A DNA stretch of 64,000 nt from Phaeosaccion multiseriatum. Its lineage: Eukaryota > Protista > Ochrophyta, other classes. The DNA lies in assembly GCA_965112735.1 (NCBI GenBank), contig OZ218957.1, forward strand, positions 3,607,293 to 3,671,292. The letters are read 5' to 3'. The notes below the pieces were generated by a model. It saw only the letters and a program-made list of their open reading frames with translations, made no database searches and had not been told where the DNA came from. Of the stretch, positions 37,820-49,400 are shown one piece after another. A program made the translations under genes and the position numbers. The number at the start of each line of letters is the position of its first letter. Positions within the stretch are counted from its first letter, which is position 1.

Positions 37820-38180
37820 TCAGCCCCATGCACGCCTAGCGGTTTTGCTCTAGGCCGCTCACTTTTCACCAGTCCTAGGCGGCCTCTAGCCCGCCTCTAG
37901 GCAGCCTCCCAGTGACCGTGGGCGCGTGCGTTGTGCCGCCCAGCCAGTGGGTAGCAGCACACCTGTAGGCCTGCACACCTCGTAGGGCCAGCGAGGCGGA
38001 AAGAGACAACACAAACCAATTCTACTCCTCCCTTCTAACTGACTACTCTTTGCACTCTGGGCACTCCCACCGTCCGCCTACAGTAGTTGGCTTCTGCCCT
38101 AGGCGGCGGCATATAAATAGGCCGACGCTAGGCCGGGCAATTTTCCCAATTAGGCCTATAGGAGGCGTGCATGGGGCTGA
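37820..38180. mobile_element. 361-bp MITE-like non-autonomous DNA transposon (hAT-like ends)
   Basis: Perfect 18-bp TIRs TCAGCCCCATGCACGCCT (37820-37837) and AGGCGTGCATGGGGCTGA (38163-38180). Flanking direct repeat TGACAC (37814-37819, 38181-38186). Repeated subterminal CTAGG/TAGGC motifs; no ORF. Confidence 0.75.
38112..38119 (+). promoter_or_regulatory. TATA-box-like TATAAATA inside the MITE
   Basis: Consensus TATAWAWA in a GC-rich context, ~240 bp upstream of hairpin 1. Confidence 0.35.
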
Positions 38181-38357
38181 TGACACACACACACACACAC
38201 ACCCGCTCCAAATCTAACATTCGAAATAAAGGCTGGGTTGATGACACACCAGCTCCAACTTCAACCTCACGCTTGGGAATTTAACACAACACAACACAAC
38301 AACACAACACAACACACCTGCGCGCTTGCTTAGTGAAGGGGGGAAAGCCGCCATACG

Positions 38358-38572
38358 TCGTCCTTGCGATGCCGTACATGCGGCGGTGAGTTCATTGAGG
38401 GGCCTCCTTACATTCTTCAGCACAGGCCCGATGAGCAGGGGTGGATGCGTGGCCCATAGCGCCAGGGCAGGGCGTATAACCGCTCACCGCTCTGCTCATC
38501 GGGCCTGTGCTGAAGAATGTAAGGAGGCCCCTCAATGAACTCACCGCCGCATGTACGGCATCGCATGGACGA
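38358..38572. repeat. Hairpin 1: inverted repeat, 81-bp arms, 53-nt loop (pre-miRNA-like size)
   Basis: 38358-38438 is the reverse complement of 38492-38572 with one mismatch. Confidence 0.92.
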
Positions 38573-39304
38573 ACCAGACACCATTCGTGATCTGCTGCTG
38601 TTGCCACCGTCGTGCTCATGTGTATGAGGGCGCCCTTTCTTTGGAGGACCCCTATGCGTTGAGCGAGGAGGACGCAACAAACATTTTGCGTCATGGTGAG
38701 GTCTAGCAGCAGCAAGGTAAGGAAAGGGTATAGAAGGCGGAGCCACAAACGGCTCTCACAAACGGCTGGAGAGGAAGAAGGGTCTGTAAGCCCTCGGCCA
38801 ATGACAGATGTGTGTAGAAGAGGAGAAGAAGCAGTCGGAAGGTCAACGCACTTTAAATCGGTCCACACTGCCCCTCTCCCAACACGCTGTCCGCTGCTCT
38901 GCCTCCCCCCCTCCCTGCGCAGCCACCAACCGCACACAAGCCAGACGCTCGCCCTCCAGCCAGCCATGGACAGCGCTGCGAGCGGCCCAGCCTCAGCTGG
39001 AGAGGCGCAGCCGGCACAACGCGAGGTGCGCAAGCCCCTTCTGCCGAGGGAGGGTAACGCCTCGTCACAGGTGCAGAAGCAGCAGCAGCCCATACCGACC
39101 AAGCCAACTACTTCCAGCGGTGCGTGAGCTCGAGCCCTTTGACTGTTCCACTACCGCCCCATTGCCTCACTCCCTCGTGTGCAATGCTTGTCGCGTGCCC
39201 CCACTCAAGATGACCCACTGCCCTCCCTTCTCCCCCTGCCTTCTCTGTCGCACAATACTGTTTTGTTCCCCCGTGAAGTGGACCCGGAGGCCAAGTTGCG
39301 GAGG

Positions 39305-40058
39305 CACCCACACTCACCCATGCTGTCGTGCGTGGTGCTCGAGGACCTGGATAGCGACACTCCGCGTCGCGTCTGACCACTCCGACTCGATCCGCTTCAC
39401 CAACGTGGTTGTGACGGCCGCCACGAGTCTCGAGAGCTCCTCCTCCAAGCCCTTGGCCATGATGCGGTCTTGGGCGTCGAAGAAGAAGCGAAGCAGCCTC
39501 CATACGTCGTTCCACACAGCCACGTTTCGGACTGTATTCCTTCTGAGAAAAATAGCACAGAGAGAGAGGCAAATGGCTGGGGACCGTCCTCTTTCCGCAC
39601 CTTGGGCACGACCAAATACTGTGGTGAGTTTCTCCGCAAGAAGCGCTGCCACAACGGTATGTGCTCGTACTTGCATCATCTTGCATCATGATGCAAGTAC
39701 GAGCACATACCGTTGTGGCAGCGCTTCTTTCGGAGGAAGTCACGACATTGGTCGTGCCCAAGGTGCGGAAAGAGGACGGTCCCCAGCCATTTGCCTCTCT
39801 CTCTGTGCTATTTTTCTCAGAAGGAATACAGTCCGAAACGTGGCTGTGTGGAACGACGCATGGAGGCTACTTCGCTCCTTCTTTGACGCCCAAGACCGCA
39901 TCAAGGCCAAGGGCTTGGAGGAGGAGCTCTCGAGACTCGTGGCGGCCGTCACAATCACGCTGGTGAAGCGCATCGAGTCCGAGTGGTCAGAGGCGACGCG
40001 GAGTGTCGCTTTACAGCTCCTCGAGCACCACGCACGGCAGCATGGGTGAGTGTGGGTG
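39305..40058. repeat. Hairpin 2: ~375-bp-arm palindrome of a gene fragment, essentially without a spacer
   Basis: Arms 39305-39679 and 39688-40058. Mirror ORFs RNTVRNVAVWND.WRLLR on both strands; scattered substitutions between arms. Confidence 0.92.
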
Positions 40059-41147
40059 GACGGATGGTTGTAGTGTATGGGTGGGTGGAGGGGTGGGTGG
40101 AGGGGTGGGTGGATGGCAGTGGATGGATGGATAGATGGTTGGTTGCGTGGGTGTGTGTCTGGATGGATGGCAGCAGATGGATGGCAGTCAGTGGACGGTA
40201 GTGGGTGGACGGATGATGGCAGTGGATGGATGGGTGGGTAGAGATGGATGGGTGGGTGGAGGGGTGCGTGGATGGCAGTTAATGGACTGATAGATAAGTG
40301 CGTGGGAAGGTGTGGGTGGGGTGGGGTGGGTGTGTGTCGGTGCGTGGATGGATGGCAGTGAATGTGTGGTAATGAATGACAGTCGATGGATGGGTTGTGG
40401 GTGGGGCTTTTGCGTCCTCTTCATGTTCGCTCTCGTCCCCGTGTCTTCAATTGCAGTGAGTGGTGCGACGGCAGCGCCATGGTGAAGTGGAGCCTGGGCG
40501 AAGACGGCACCACCCTCCTCTTTGCAAGAGGCACACGCTCCGGCTCGCTCCCGTCGTACGAGGAGAAGTCGTGGAGGAACACGCAGCGCTTGTTCGTGGA
40601 GACCGTCGGCGAAGAGACTCCTTCAGTGCCCGTGTGTCTCAGATATGCGCTGACATCCGAGCCCTCCATAGTCACGGTCGAGCCCCAGAAGGCCTACCAG
40701 GAGCTCTTGTCCTGGTCTGAAGTCGACGACTGCTACGTGGCCCGCTACAAACGGCCAAGCAAGGTGGGTGGGGGGTCTTATCGGTAGGTGTGTGCGTGTG
40801 TGGGTTAACGGAGGGGTGGGGGGGTTTGGGTGCACACCTACCGATAAGGGGCGAGGTCGTCGGCAGCACCACGCACATGACCCATCCCATTCGCTTTCTG
40901 CCTTCTGTCGGCTCACGGACCAGGTTCATTGCCTCTGCCCCCCCCCCTCTCTTCCATCCACTGCCTTCCCCCTCCCCAACTCCCCCACCACGTGCCCCCT
41001 CTCGCCCACCCGCATCCACTGATGCCTGACCCTCCGCTTCCCTCCCTCAAGGATGCTTCCAAGCCCCCTGCCTTGCAGTGCTTCGCCTTCAAGTGCCCCG
41101 AGAAGGTGGTGATGAGCTGCAAGGCCATGGCAGGGCTCCTGCACCAG
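39688..41147 (+). pseudogene. Fragment of an unidentified spliced gene
   Basis: Exon-like blocks ~39688-39762, 39821-40045, 40456-40762 and 41052-41147 with GT-AG borders. No recognisable continuation. Confidence 0.5.
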
Positions 41148-41319
41148 GTGAGTTTCAGTTTCAGTTTATTATTTCATGTCTGCAAGAGATGGAGTGCTTG
41201 TGTGGTTTGGTAGTGGGCAGTGGCTTGTCGTTTGATGTAACTCATGGGTAGGTATTCGTATGTGTATTGATGCCCCGAATTGTGTTGATTGATTGCCTCT
41301 CTGTACTCCACTGAAATTG

Positions 41320-43198
41320 GACACTGAACACTAAACCCTGACAATCAAACTGGTGCAGGTGAGCGCGTGCGGCAGCATTCGCGCGCTCAGCAGCAGCAGC
41401 GGCAGCAGCATTCACATGCTCGGTGCCATCAGGTAAGTTGGTGGGGATGGCAGTGGACGGCGGCGAGTAGGGTGGGAGCGGGGGGGGGGGCGCTACATGT
41501 GTGTGTGGCTGTGTGCGTGTGTGTGAGTGTGTGTTTTGTTTATGTATGTATGTGTGTGTGTGAGTGAGGGAGAGCGCTACACCACCTGCCCCTCCCTCCC
41601 TCCCTCCAAAACCAACTCACAAACAGGTCGCACGTCCCGACACGCATCCTGAGCTTTCGTGCCACCTCGGAGGTGCTGCTCAGCCTGGGCCCCGACTTGG
41701 GCTCCCGCGGACGCTTCACCACCATGAGCCAGCAGCTCTTCGAGATGAGTGCCCTGGAGGCCTCCCAGAGAGAGGCGGAGGCCTCCGGGAGGGAGCTGCA
41801 GCGCCTGCCGACACAGCTCGAGCGCGCGGTACGTGAAGCGAGAGACCGGCAAGGGATGGGCGGGAGACGGAAGAGGGAAGATAGGGGGTGAGCGATAAAG
41901 GTATCAAGCAGTACCCTACTGCCCCTTACTCTTACCTCGTCCTTGCAGGACCGCTGCATCTGCTCGTGGGGGGCGTCGTCGAGGCGCTGTTTCTTCTCCT
42001 GCGCGGCCTGGGGATTACACTCGAGCGCCACCACCCTCCTTCAGCTTCCCCATATCATTCATCTGTGCCATCTGTGAAGGGCCCTTCACAGATGGCACAG
42101 ATGAATGATGTGGAAGCTTAAGGAGAGGTGGTGGCGCTGAGTGTGGGGAAGAACCAGCGCCTCGACGACGCCCCCCACGAGCAGATGCAGAAGTCTGCAA
42201 GGACGAGGTAAGAGTAAGGGGCAGTTGGGTACGGCTGGATACCTTTATCGCTCTCCATTCTCTCTGTGTCTGTGCCAGAGTGTGAGGAGCGAAGGTTCAG
42301 GGGAGAGAGAGAGGAAGAGAGGCAGAGGTTTCAGGGGTCCGCGCGAAGCTGCGCTGCTCTGGAGGGGAGGCCACAACCGTCTGGTGGAGGAGAGGCTTGG
42401 GACACAGGCCCTCGCTCGAAGCTCATAAGCAACTCCTCCCCTCCTCCTTCCTCCCTCCCTCCCTCCCTCCAACGCAGGAGAGCGGTGCTCGGGAAGAGGG
42501 CACGAGGGCGCCGGTGGACGTCCGCATGGCAACCGGAGGCACGAGCAGCGCTGTTGTGAGGTAGGTACGGCTCGTGGGTGCGGCCGCATGTGGGTGTGCG
42601 CGTGGGTGCGCGTGTAGGTGCGCCTTGGTGGTTCTCTCCTCCTCCTCCTCCTCCTCCTCCTCCTCCTCCTCCTCCTCCTCCTCCTCCTCCTCCTCCTCCT
42701 CCTCCTCCTCCTCCTCCTCCTCCTCCTCCTCCTCCTCCTCCTCCTCCTCCTCCTCCTCCTCCTCCTCCTCCTCCTCCTCCTCCTCCTCCTCCTCCTCCTC
42801 CTCCTCCTCCTCCTCCTCCTCCTCCTCCTCCTCCTCCTCCTCCTCCTCCTCCTCCTCCTCCTCCTCCTCCTCCTCCTCCTCCTCCTCCTCCTCCTCCTCC
42901 TCCTCCTCCTCCTCCTCCTCCTCCTCCTCCTCCTCCTCCTCCTCCTCCTCCTCCTCCTCCTCCTCCTCCTCCTCCTCCTCCTCCTCCTCCTCCTCCTCCT
43001 CCTCCTCCTCCTCCTCCTCCTCCTCCTCCTCCTCCTCCTCCTCCTCCTCCTCCTCCTCCTCCTCCTCCTCCTCCTCCTCCTCCTCCTCCTCCTCCTCCTC
43101 CTCCTCCTCCTCCTCCTCCTCCTCCTCCTCCTCCTCCTCCTCCTCCTCCTCCTCCTCCTCCTCCTCCTCCTCCTCCTCCTCCTCCTCCTCCTCCTCCT
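41320..43198 (+). repeat. Segmental duplication copy 2, containing an internal fold-back and ending in a ~565-bp (CCT)n tract
   Basis: Colinear with 33739-35217 except for 41890-42081. Confidence 0.9.
41890..42253. repeat. Hairpin 3: spacer-less palindrome centred on GGG|CCC (42081/42082), arms ~190/170 bp
   Basis: Core ATCATTCATCTGTGCCATCTGTGAAGGG|CCCTTCACAGATGGCACAGATGAATGAT. Outer ends GAGCGATAAAGGTATC / GATACCTTTATCGCTC. Confidence 0.92.
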
Positions 43199-43338
43199 TA
43201 CCCCCTTTCTTTTTGTGATATCGCGATGGACTTCCTAAAGAGCTGTCGCCCTTTGCTTCGTCTGGCTCATCGCACCGCTTGCTTGTCCCCTCGTGCCTCT
43301 GTCTCTCCTTCACTTCACTTCATCGCTGCTCTCAAAGC

Positions 43339-44438
43339 CCCGGCCGAGGTCGAGACACACGTCCCGAGGAAGGCTCCTCCCCGTCCAGGGCCGTCGCCAG
43401 CCTTCCATGGGACGCTCCCTCTCTCCAAACCCCCGCTCACCACCACGTGCCTTGGCTCCCCGCCCAAAATGAATCAAGCGCCGCGTCCTCCTCCTGAGCC
43501 GGCAGGCAAGGCAGAGAAGGGAAAAGGAAACAGAAGTCTCAGACGCGCTGCGGGAGGAGAAGCTCAAGTGCGTGGAGGCGAAGAACAAAATGTTGGAGCA
43601 GGAGGTGCAGCAGCTCAAGATGTTCGAGCAGGAGGTGCAGCAGCTCAGAGTGAGTTGATGTCCCTCCTCACTCATCGTTGATGATATGCATCGCACCCCC
43701 CTTAATGTATTCTCTTGACCCCCCCTCTCGCTCACTCACTCACCCACTCACTCCAATCCCTCCGCCGCACCATTCGAGGCGCTCGTTCTGCCTTTTCCCT
43801 CCAAGCCCATCCCAAGCCTGGCTGCCTCATTTCCCCTTTACCCTAAGTGTCGGCCCATCCTCACTCCCATGCACCACCTTCTTCCCTTCCTCACTCCCTC
43901 CCTTGCGGGGCTGACATGCGCCCCCTCTCTGCTGCTGCACCTGCAGGAAGCCGATGAGCGCTCTCGACTGGACCTTCAATTGGAGCTTGAGCGCAGCCGA
44001 GAGGAAGCAGAGGCGGCAAAGCGGAGGGTGGTCGAGCTGGAGCATTGGAGGGAGATGGAGGAGCTGGAGAGCACCTTAGAGGAGGTGGTGAGCAGCGCTG
44101 GAGGCAGTGACGGAGACGACGACGACCACGACGACGAGGAGGAGCAGGAGGAGGAGAACCACCATCAGCAGCAGCAGCAGCAGGAGGAGGAGAAGAAGGA
44201 GGAGGAAGAGGAGGAGGAGGAGGAAGTGGAAAAGAAGGAGGAGCAAGAGAAGAAGAAAGAGAAGGAGGAGGAGGAGGAGGAGGAGGAGGAGGAGGAGGAG
44301 GTGGTGGTGGGACATGACGTTGGGGCCTCTGCTTCTTCCCAAGGGGGTCGAAGCTTACACCACCGCGCCCGCCTCACTGAGCCGGAGTTCGTGGAAGCTG
44401 CAGGGGGCGCTGCACAGGTTGGTCACAGACCAGGGTAA
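43339..44438 (+). pseudogene. Fragment of a coiled-coil/acidic protein gene
   Basis: ALREEKLKCVEAKNKMLEQEVQQL|GT...AG|EADERSRLDLQLELERSREEAEAAKRRVVELE. The upstream frame is interrupted by stops. Confidence 0.45.
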
Positions 44439-44521
44439 TCCAGTCTCACTCCTTCATTTCTTCATTCGTTCGTTCATCCGTTCCTTGCTTGTTTGGGCAT
44501 ATGATGTCCTGTTCTGACCCA

Positions 44522-44868
44522 CCCCTCCCTCCCTCCCTCCCTCCCTCCCTCCCTCCCTCCCTCCCTCCCTCCCTCCCTCCCTCCCTCCCTCCCTCTCTCC
44601 CTCCCTCCCTCCCTCCCTCCCTCCCTCCCTCCCTCCCTCCCTCCCTCCCTCCCTCCCTCCCTCCCTCCCTCCCTCCCTCCCTCCCTCCCTCCCTCCCTCC
44701 CTCCCTCCCTCCCTCCCTCCCTCCCTCCCTCCCTCCCTCCCTCCCTCCCTCCCTCCCTCCCTCCCTCCCTCCCTCCCTCCCTCCCTCCCTCCCTCCCTCC
44801 CTCCCTCCCTCCCTCCCTCCCTCCCTCTCTCCCTCCCTCCCTCCCTCCCTCCCTCCCTCCCTCCCTCC
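44522..44868. repeat. (CCCT)n microsatellite, ~345 bp
   Basis: Direct observation. Confidence 0.97.
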
Positions 44869-45750
44869 AGCCACCTTGCGCCGCTGTCCTAATCGTGTAG
44901 CTCTCTCGCCCCCTCCTCCTGTCAGTCCACCTTATCTAAACAAGTCAGCCTCTTAGAGGAGGCCATGAGAGACCGCTAGGCTCTTCACAAAGTCCCTGAC
45001 CTCCTCATCGGTCTGCGCTCCCTTTGTGATTTGAACCTCCTCGGCCGATACCCGGTACATCCGGTACTTGAATCCCCCTGTGGGCCACTTAGCTTCCGAT
45101 CGGGGGTTGGCCGTGAGTGTCGTGCCGATAAGGTCCTCGGAGTGTCGGAAATAGATCCGGCTGCGCGGCCCATGTACGGGAAGCCAAATCATGTCCTTCT
45201 CCTTCGGGAAACCCTCCGTACCAACCACCCCCCCAAAGAAGCGATGGGTATCGTCGATCTGCAGCTTGCCGTGGATCCCCGCCCACAGGCCACCAGGGAC
45301 ACTCGTAGCGAAGATGCTGTATCCTGGACAAACTTTGGGAAGTGGGAGCTGCAGATCGACGATACCCATCGCTTCTTTGGGGGGGTGGTTGGTACGGAGG
45401 GTTTCCCGAAGGAGAAGGACATGATTTGGCTTCCCGTACATGGGCCGCGCAGCCGGATCTATTTCCGATACTCCAAGGACCTTATCGGCACGACACTCAC
45501 GGCCAACCCCCGATCGGAAGCTAAGTGGCCCACAGGGGGATTCAAGTACCGGATGTACCGGGTATCGGCCGAGGAGGTTCAAATCACAAAGGGAGCGCAG
45601 ACCGATGAGGAGGTCAGGGACTTTGTGAAGAGCCTAGCGGTCTCTCATGGCCTCCTCTAAGAGGCTGACTTGTTTAGATAAGGTGGACTGACAGGAGGAG
45701 GGGGCGAGAGAGCTGCACGATTTACGACAGCGGCGCAAGGTGGCTGGAGG
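44864..45750. repeat. Hairpin 4: ~403-bp near-perfect arms, 80-nt loop; inverted duplication of a terminal exon and 3' flank
   Basis: 44864-45266 versus 45347-45750. Mirror ORFs end ...DFVKSLAVSHGLL* on both strands. Confidence 0.95.
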
Positions 45751-46413
45751 CGGCTCGAGGGGAGTATGGGGCAGGAGGGGGGGAGGAGGCAGTGGTAGTG
45801 TGGGACGACAGCGGAAGGAGAGGAACGGACACAGAAAGAGGCGGAGGGGGAGATGGGCCTCACAGAAGTTCATCTCCTTATGCATTGTCCTTACGCAGTG
45901 TTGTGTTGTGATGGTTGATAGTAGGGACTTTTCTAGGGACTGGATTTTGCTTTGTATATTGGAGGGCGTGACGTGACATAGATAGATGGGTATAGGGGTC
46001 TCTGGTCAAGAGTGGATGGACGGTGGCAGTGCGCTAGCTATCCTGACTCTACACTTACACTTGAACGGTGGGTGGGGGGTGGGTAGCGAAGGGGCATGGG
46101 AAACCACTCTCTTCCCTCCGGTTCATGATATGATACTGAATAATGCAAGTCTTAAGAGCAGAATGAAAGTATAAACGTTCTTGTGCAAGTCTCGTGTATA
46201 CGTCTGACACCGTCTTCCAGCCATCTCATACCAGGCCCCGCTCCATCAAGTAGGAGGTAGGGTGAAAGGGGGAGAGAAGCCCCTGCTGTCGTCGTCGTGC
46301 CCCCAAACACCTTCCTATTCTGCACTGCTCATCGCAACACTCGTGCTCCCTCCCGTCCACAAAGAGCACCCTAGCAGAGCTCTATACCTCCCTCCCTCCC
46401 TCCCTCCCTGCGT

Positions 46414-49400
46414 GGCCCATCTGGCCTGATATCGACACGGGAGGGTTGAACTGTGCTGTCTCTGGGCCGATGGGGATAAAATGGTCCCGCCATGGTCGCA
46501 ATGAGTGTGCTGAGCGTCTCTGGTGTGCCCGGTACGGTGTTCTGTGTGGTTGGACAGGCCCATCTGTGGGCCCCGGGGGGTCATCTGGCGCCTGATTTCG
46601 ACACGGGAGGGTTGAACAATGGCTTCCATGGGCCGGTGGGGTTGAAATGGTCCCACCATGGTCGCAATGAGTCTGTGCGGGGTCTATGGCGCGCTCGGCG
46701 GGGTTGAACATGGGCCTCTGTGGGGTTGAACAGGCCCATCTGTGGCCCCCGGTGGGCAATCTGGGCCTGATCTCGGCACGGGAGGGTTGAACAATCGCTT
46801 CCATAGGCCGGTGGGGTTGAAATGGTCCCACCATGGTCGCAATGAGTCTGCGCGGCGTCTATGGGGTGCTCGGCGGGGTTGAACATGGGCCTCTGTGGGG
46901 TTGAACAGGCCCATCTGTGGGCTACCCCGGTGGGCAATCTGGGCCTGATTTCGGTACGGGAGGGTTGAACAATCGCTTCCATGGGCCGGTGGGGTCGAAA
47001 TGGTCCCACCATGGTCGCAATGAGTCTGCTTTTCATCTATGGTGTGCTCGGCGGGGTTGAACATGGGCCTCTGTGGGGTTGAACAGGCCCATCTGTGGCC
47101 CCCGGTGGGCAATCTGGGCCTGATTTCGGCACGGGAGGGTTGAACAATGCCTTCTGTGGGCCGGAGGGGTTGAAACGTTCCCAGCATGATTGGAATGGGT
47201 CTGCGATGCGTCTATGGTGCGCTCGGCGGGGTTGAACATGGGCCTCTGTGGGGTTGAACAGGCCCATCTGTGGCCCCCGGTGGGCAATCTGGGCCTGATT
47301 TCGGCACGGGAGGGTTGAACAATGCCTTCTGTGGGCCGGAGGGGTTGAAACGTTCCCACCATGATTGGAATGGGGCTGCGATGCGTCTATGGTGCGCTCG
47401 GCGGGGTTGAACATGGGCCTCTGTGGGGTTGAACAGGCCCATCTGCTGCCCCCCGTGGGCAATCTGGGCCTGATTTCGACACGGGAGGGTTAAACAATCG
47501 CTTCCATGGACCGGTGGGGTTGAAGTGGTCCACCATGGTCGAAATGAGTCTGCGATGCGTCTATGGCGTGCTCGGCGGGGTTGAACATGGGCCTCTGTGG
47601 GGTTGAACAGGCCCATCTGTGGACGCCGGTGGGCAATCTGGGCCTGATTTCGGCACGGGAGGGTTGAACAATCGCTTCCATGGGCCGGTGGGGTTGAAAT
47701 GGTCCCACCATGGTCGCAATGGGTCTGCGCGTCGTCTACGGTGTGCTCGGCGGGGTTGAACATGGGCCTCTGTGGGGTTGAACAGGCCCATCTGTGGCCC
47801 CCGGTGGGCAATCTGGGCCTGATTTCGACACGGCAGGGTTGAACAATGCCTTGTGTGGGCCGGTGGGGTTAAAATGGTCCCACTATGGTCGCAATGAGTC
47901 TGCGCGGCGTCTATGGTGCGCTCGGCGGGGTTGAACATGGGCCTCTGTGGGGTTGAACAGGCCCATCTGTGGAGCCGCCCCCGGTGGGCAATCTGGGCCT
48001 GATTTCGGCACGGCAGGGTTGAACAATGCCTTGTGTGGGCCGGTGGGGTTGAAATGGTCCCACCATGGTCGCAATGAGTCAGCGCAGCGTCTATGGTGCG
48101 CTCGGCGGGGTTGAACATGGGCCTCTGTGGGGTTGAACAGGCCCATCTGGGGAGCCGCGCCCGGTGGGCAATCTGGGCCTGATTTCGGCACGGGAGGGTT
48201 GAACAATGCCTTCCATGGGCCGGTGGGGTTGAAGTGGTCCCACCATGGTCGCCATGAGTCTGCGATACGTCTATGGTGCGCTCGGCGGGGTTGAACATGG
48301 GCCTCTGTGGGGTTGAACAGGCCCATCTGTGGCCCCCGGTGGGCAATCTGGGCCTGGTTTCGGCACGGGAGGGTTGAACAATGCCTTGTGTGGGCCGGTG
48401 GGGTTGAAGTGGTCCCACCATGGTCGCAATGAGTCTGCGATACGTCTATGGTGTGATCGGCGGGGTTGAACATGGGCCTCTGTGGGGTTGAACAGGCCCA
48501 TCTGTGGCCACCGGTGGGCAATCTGGGCCTGATTTCGGCACGGGAGGGTTGAACAATGCCTTCCATGGGCCGGTGGGGTTGAAGTGGTCCCACCATGGTC
48601 GCAATGAGTCTGCGATACGTCTATGGTGCGCTCGGCGGGGTTGAACATGGGCCTCTGTGGGGTTGAACAGGCCCATCTGTGGCCCCCGGTGGGCAATCTG
48701 GGCCTGGTTTCGGCACGGGAGGGTTGAACAATGCCTTGTGTGGGCCGGTGGGGTTGAAGCGGTCCCACCATGGTCGCAATGAGTCTGCGATACGTCTATG
48801 GTGTGCTCGGCGGGGTTGAACATGGGCCTCTGTGGGGTTGAACAGGCCCATCTGTGGCCACCGGTGGGCAATCTGGGCCTGATTTCGGCACGGGAGGGTT
48901 GAACAATCGCTTCCATGGCCGGTGGGGTTGAAGTGGTCCCACCATGGTCGCAATGAGTCTGCGATACGTCTATGGTGTGCTCGGCGGCGTTGAACATGGG
49001 CCTCTGTGGGGTTGAACAGGCCCATCTGTGGCCCCCGGTGGGCAATCTGGGCCTGATTTCGGCACGGCAGGGTTGAACAATGCCTTCCATGGGCCGATGG
49101 GGTTGAAGCGGTCCCACCATGGTCGCAATGAGTCTGCGCGGCGTCTATGGTGCGCTCGGCGGGGTTGAACATGGGCCTCTGTGGGGTTGAACAGGCCCAT
49201 CTGTGGACCCCGGTGGGCAACCTGGGCCTGATTTCGGCACGGGAGGGTTGAACAATCGCTTCCATGGGCCGGTGGGGTTGAAGCGGTCCCACCATGGTCG
49301 CAATGAGTCTACGCGGGGTCTATGGCGCGCTCTGCGGGGTTGAACATGGGCCTCTGTGGGGTTGAACAGGCCCATCTGTGGACCCCGGTGGGCAATCTGG

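Noticed and set aside
42423-43313. Poly-E/P/S/L ORFs here and at 4309-4769 and 34967-35633
   Set aside because: Trinucleotide microsatellite translations; tract lengths may also be imprecise in the assembly.
44953-45660. Two overlapping 209-aa ORFs on opposite strands
   Set aside because: Mirror products of hairpin 4. Only ~45283-45660 (+) looks like a real terminal exon of an unidentified gene.
38358-45750. Hairpins as pure sequencing fold-back chimeras
   Set aside because: Arms differ by substitutions and indels, have defined outer junctions, and unique sequence resumes afterwards. An artefact is unlikely, though read-level confirmation is still needed.
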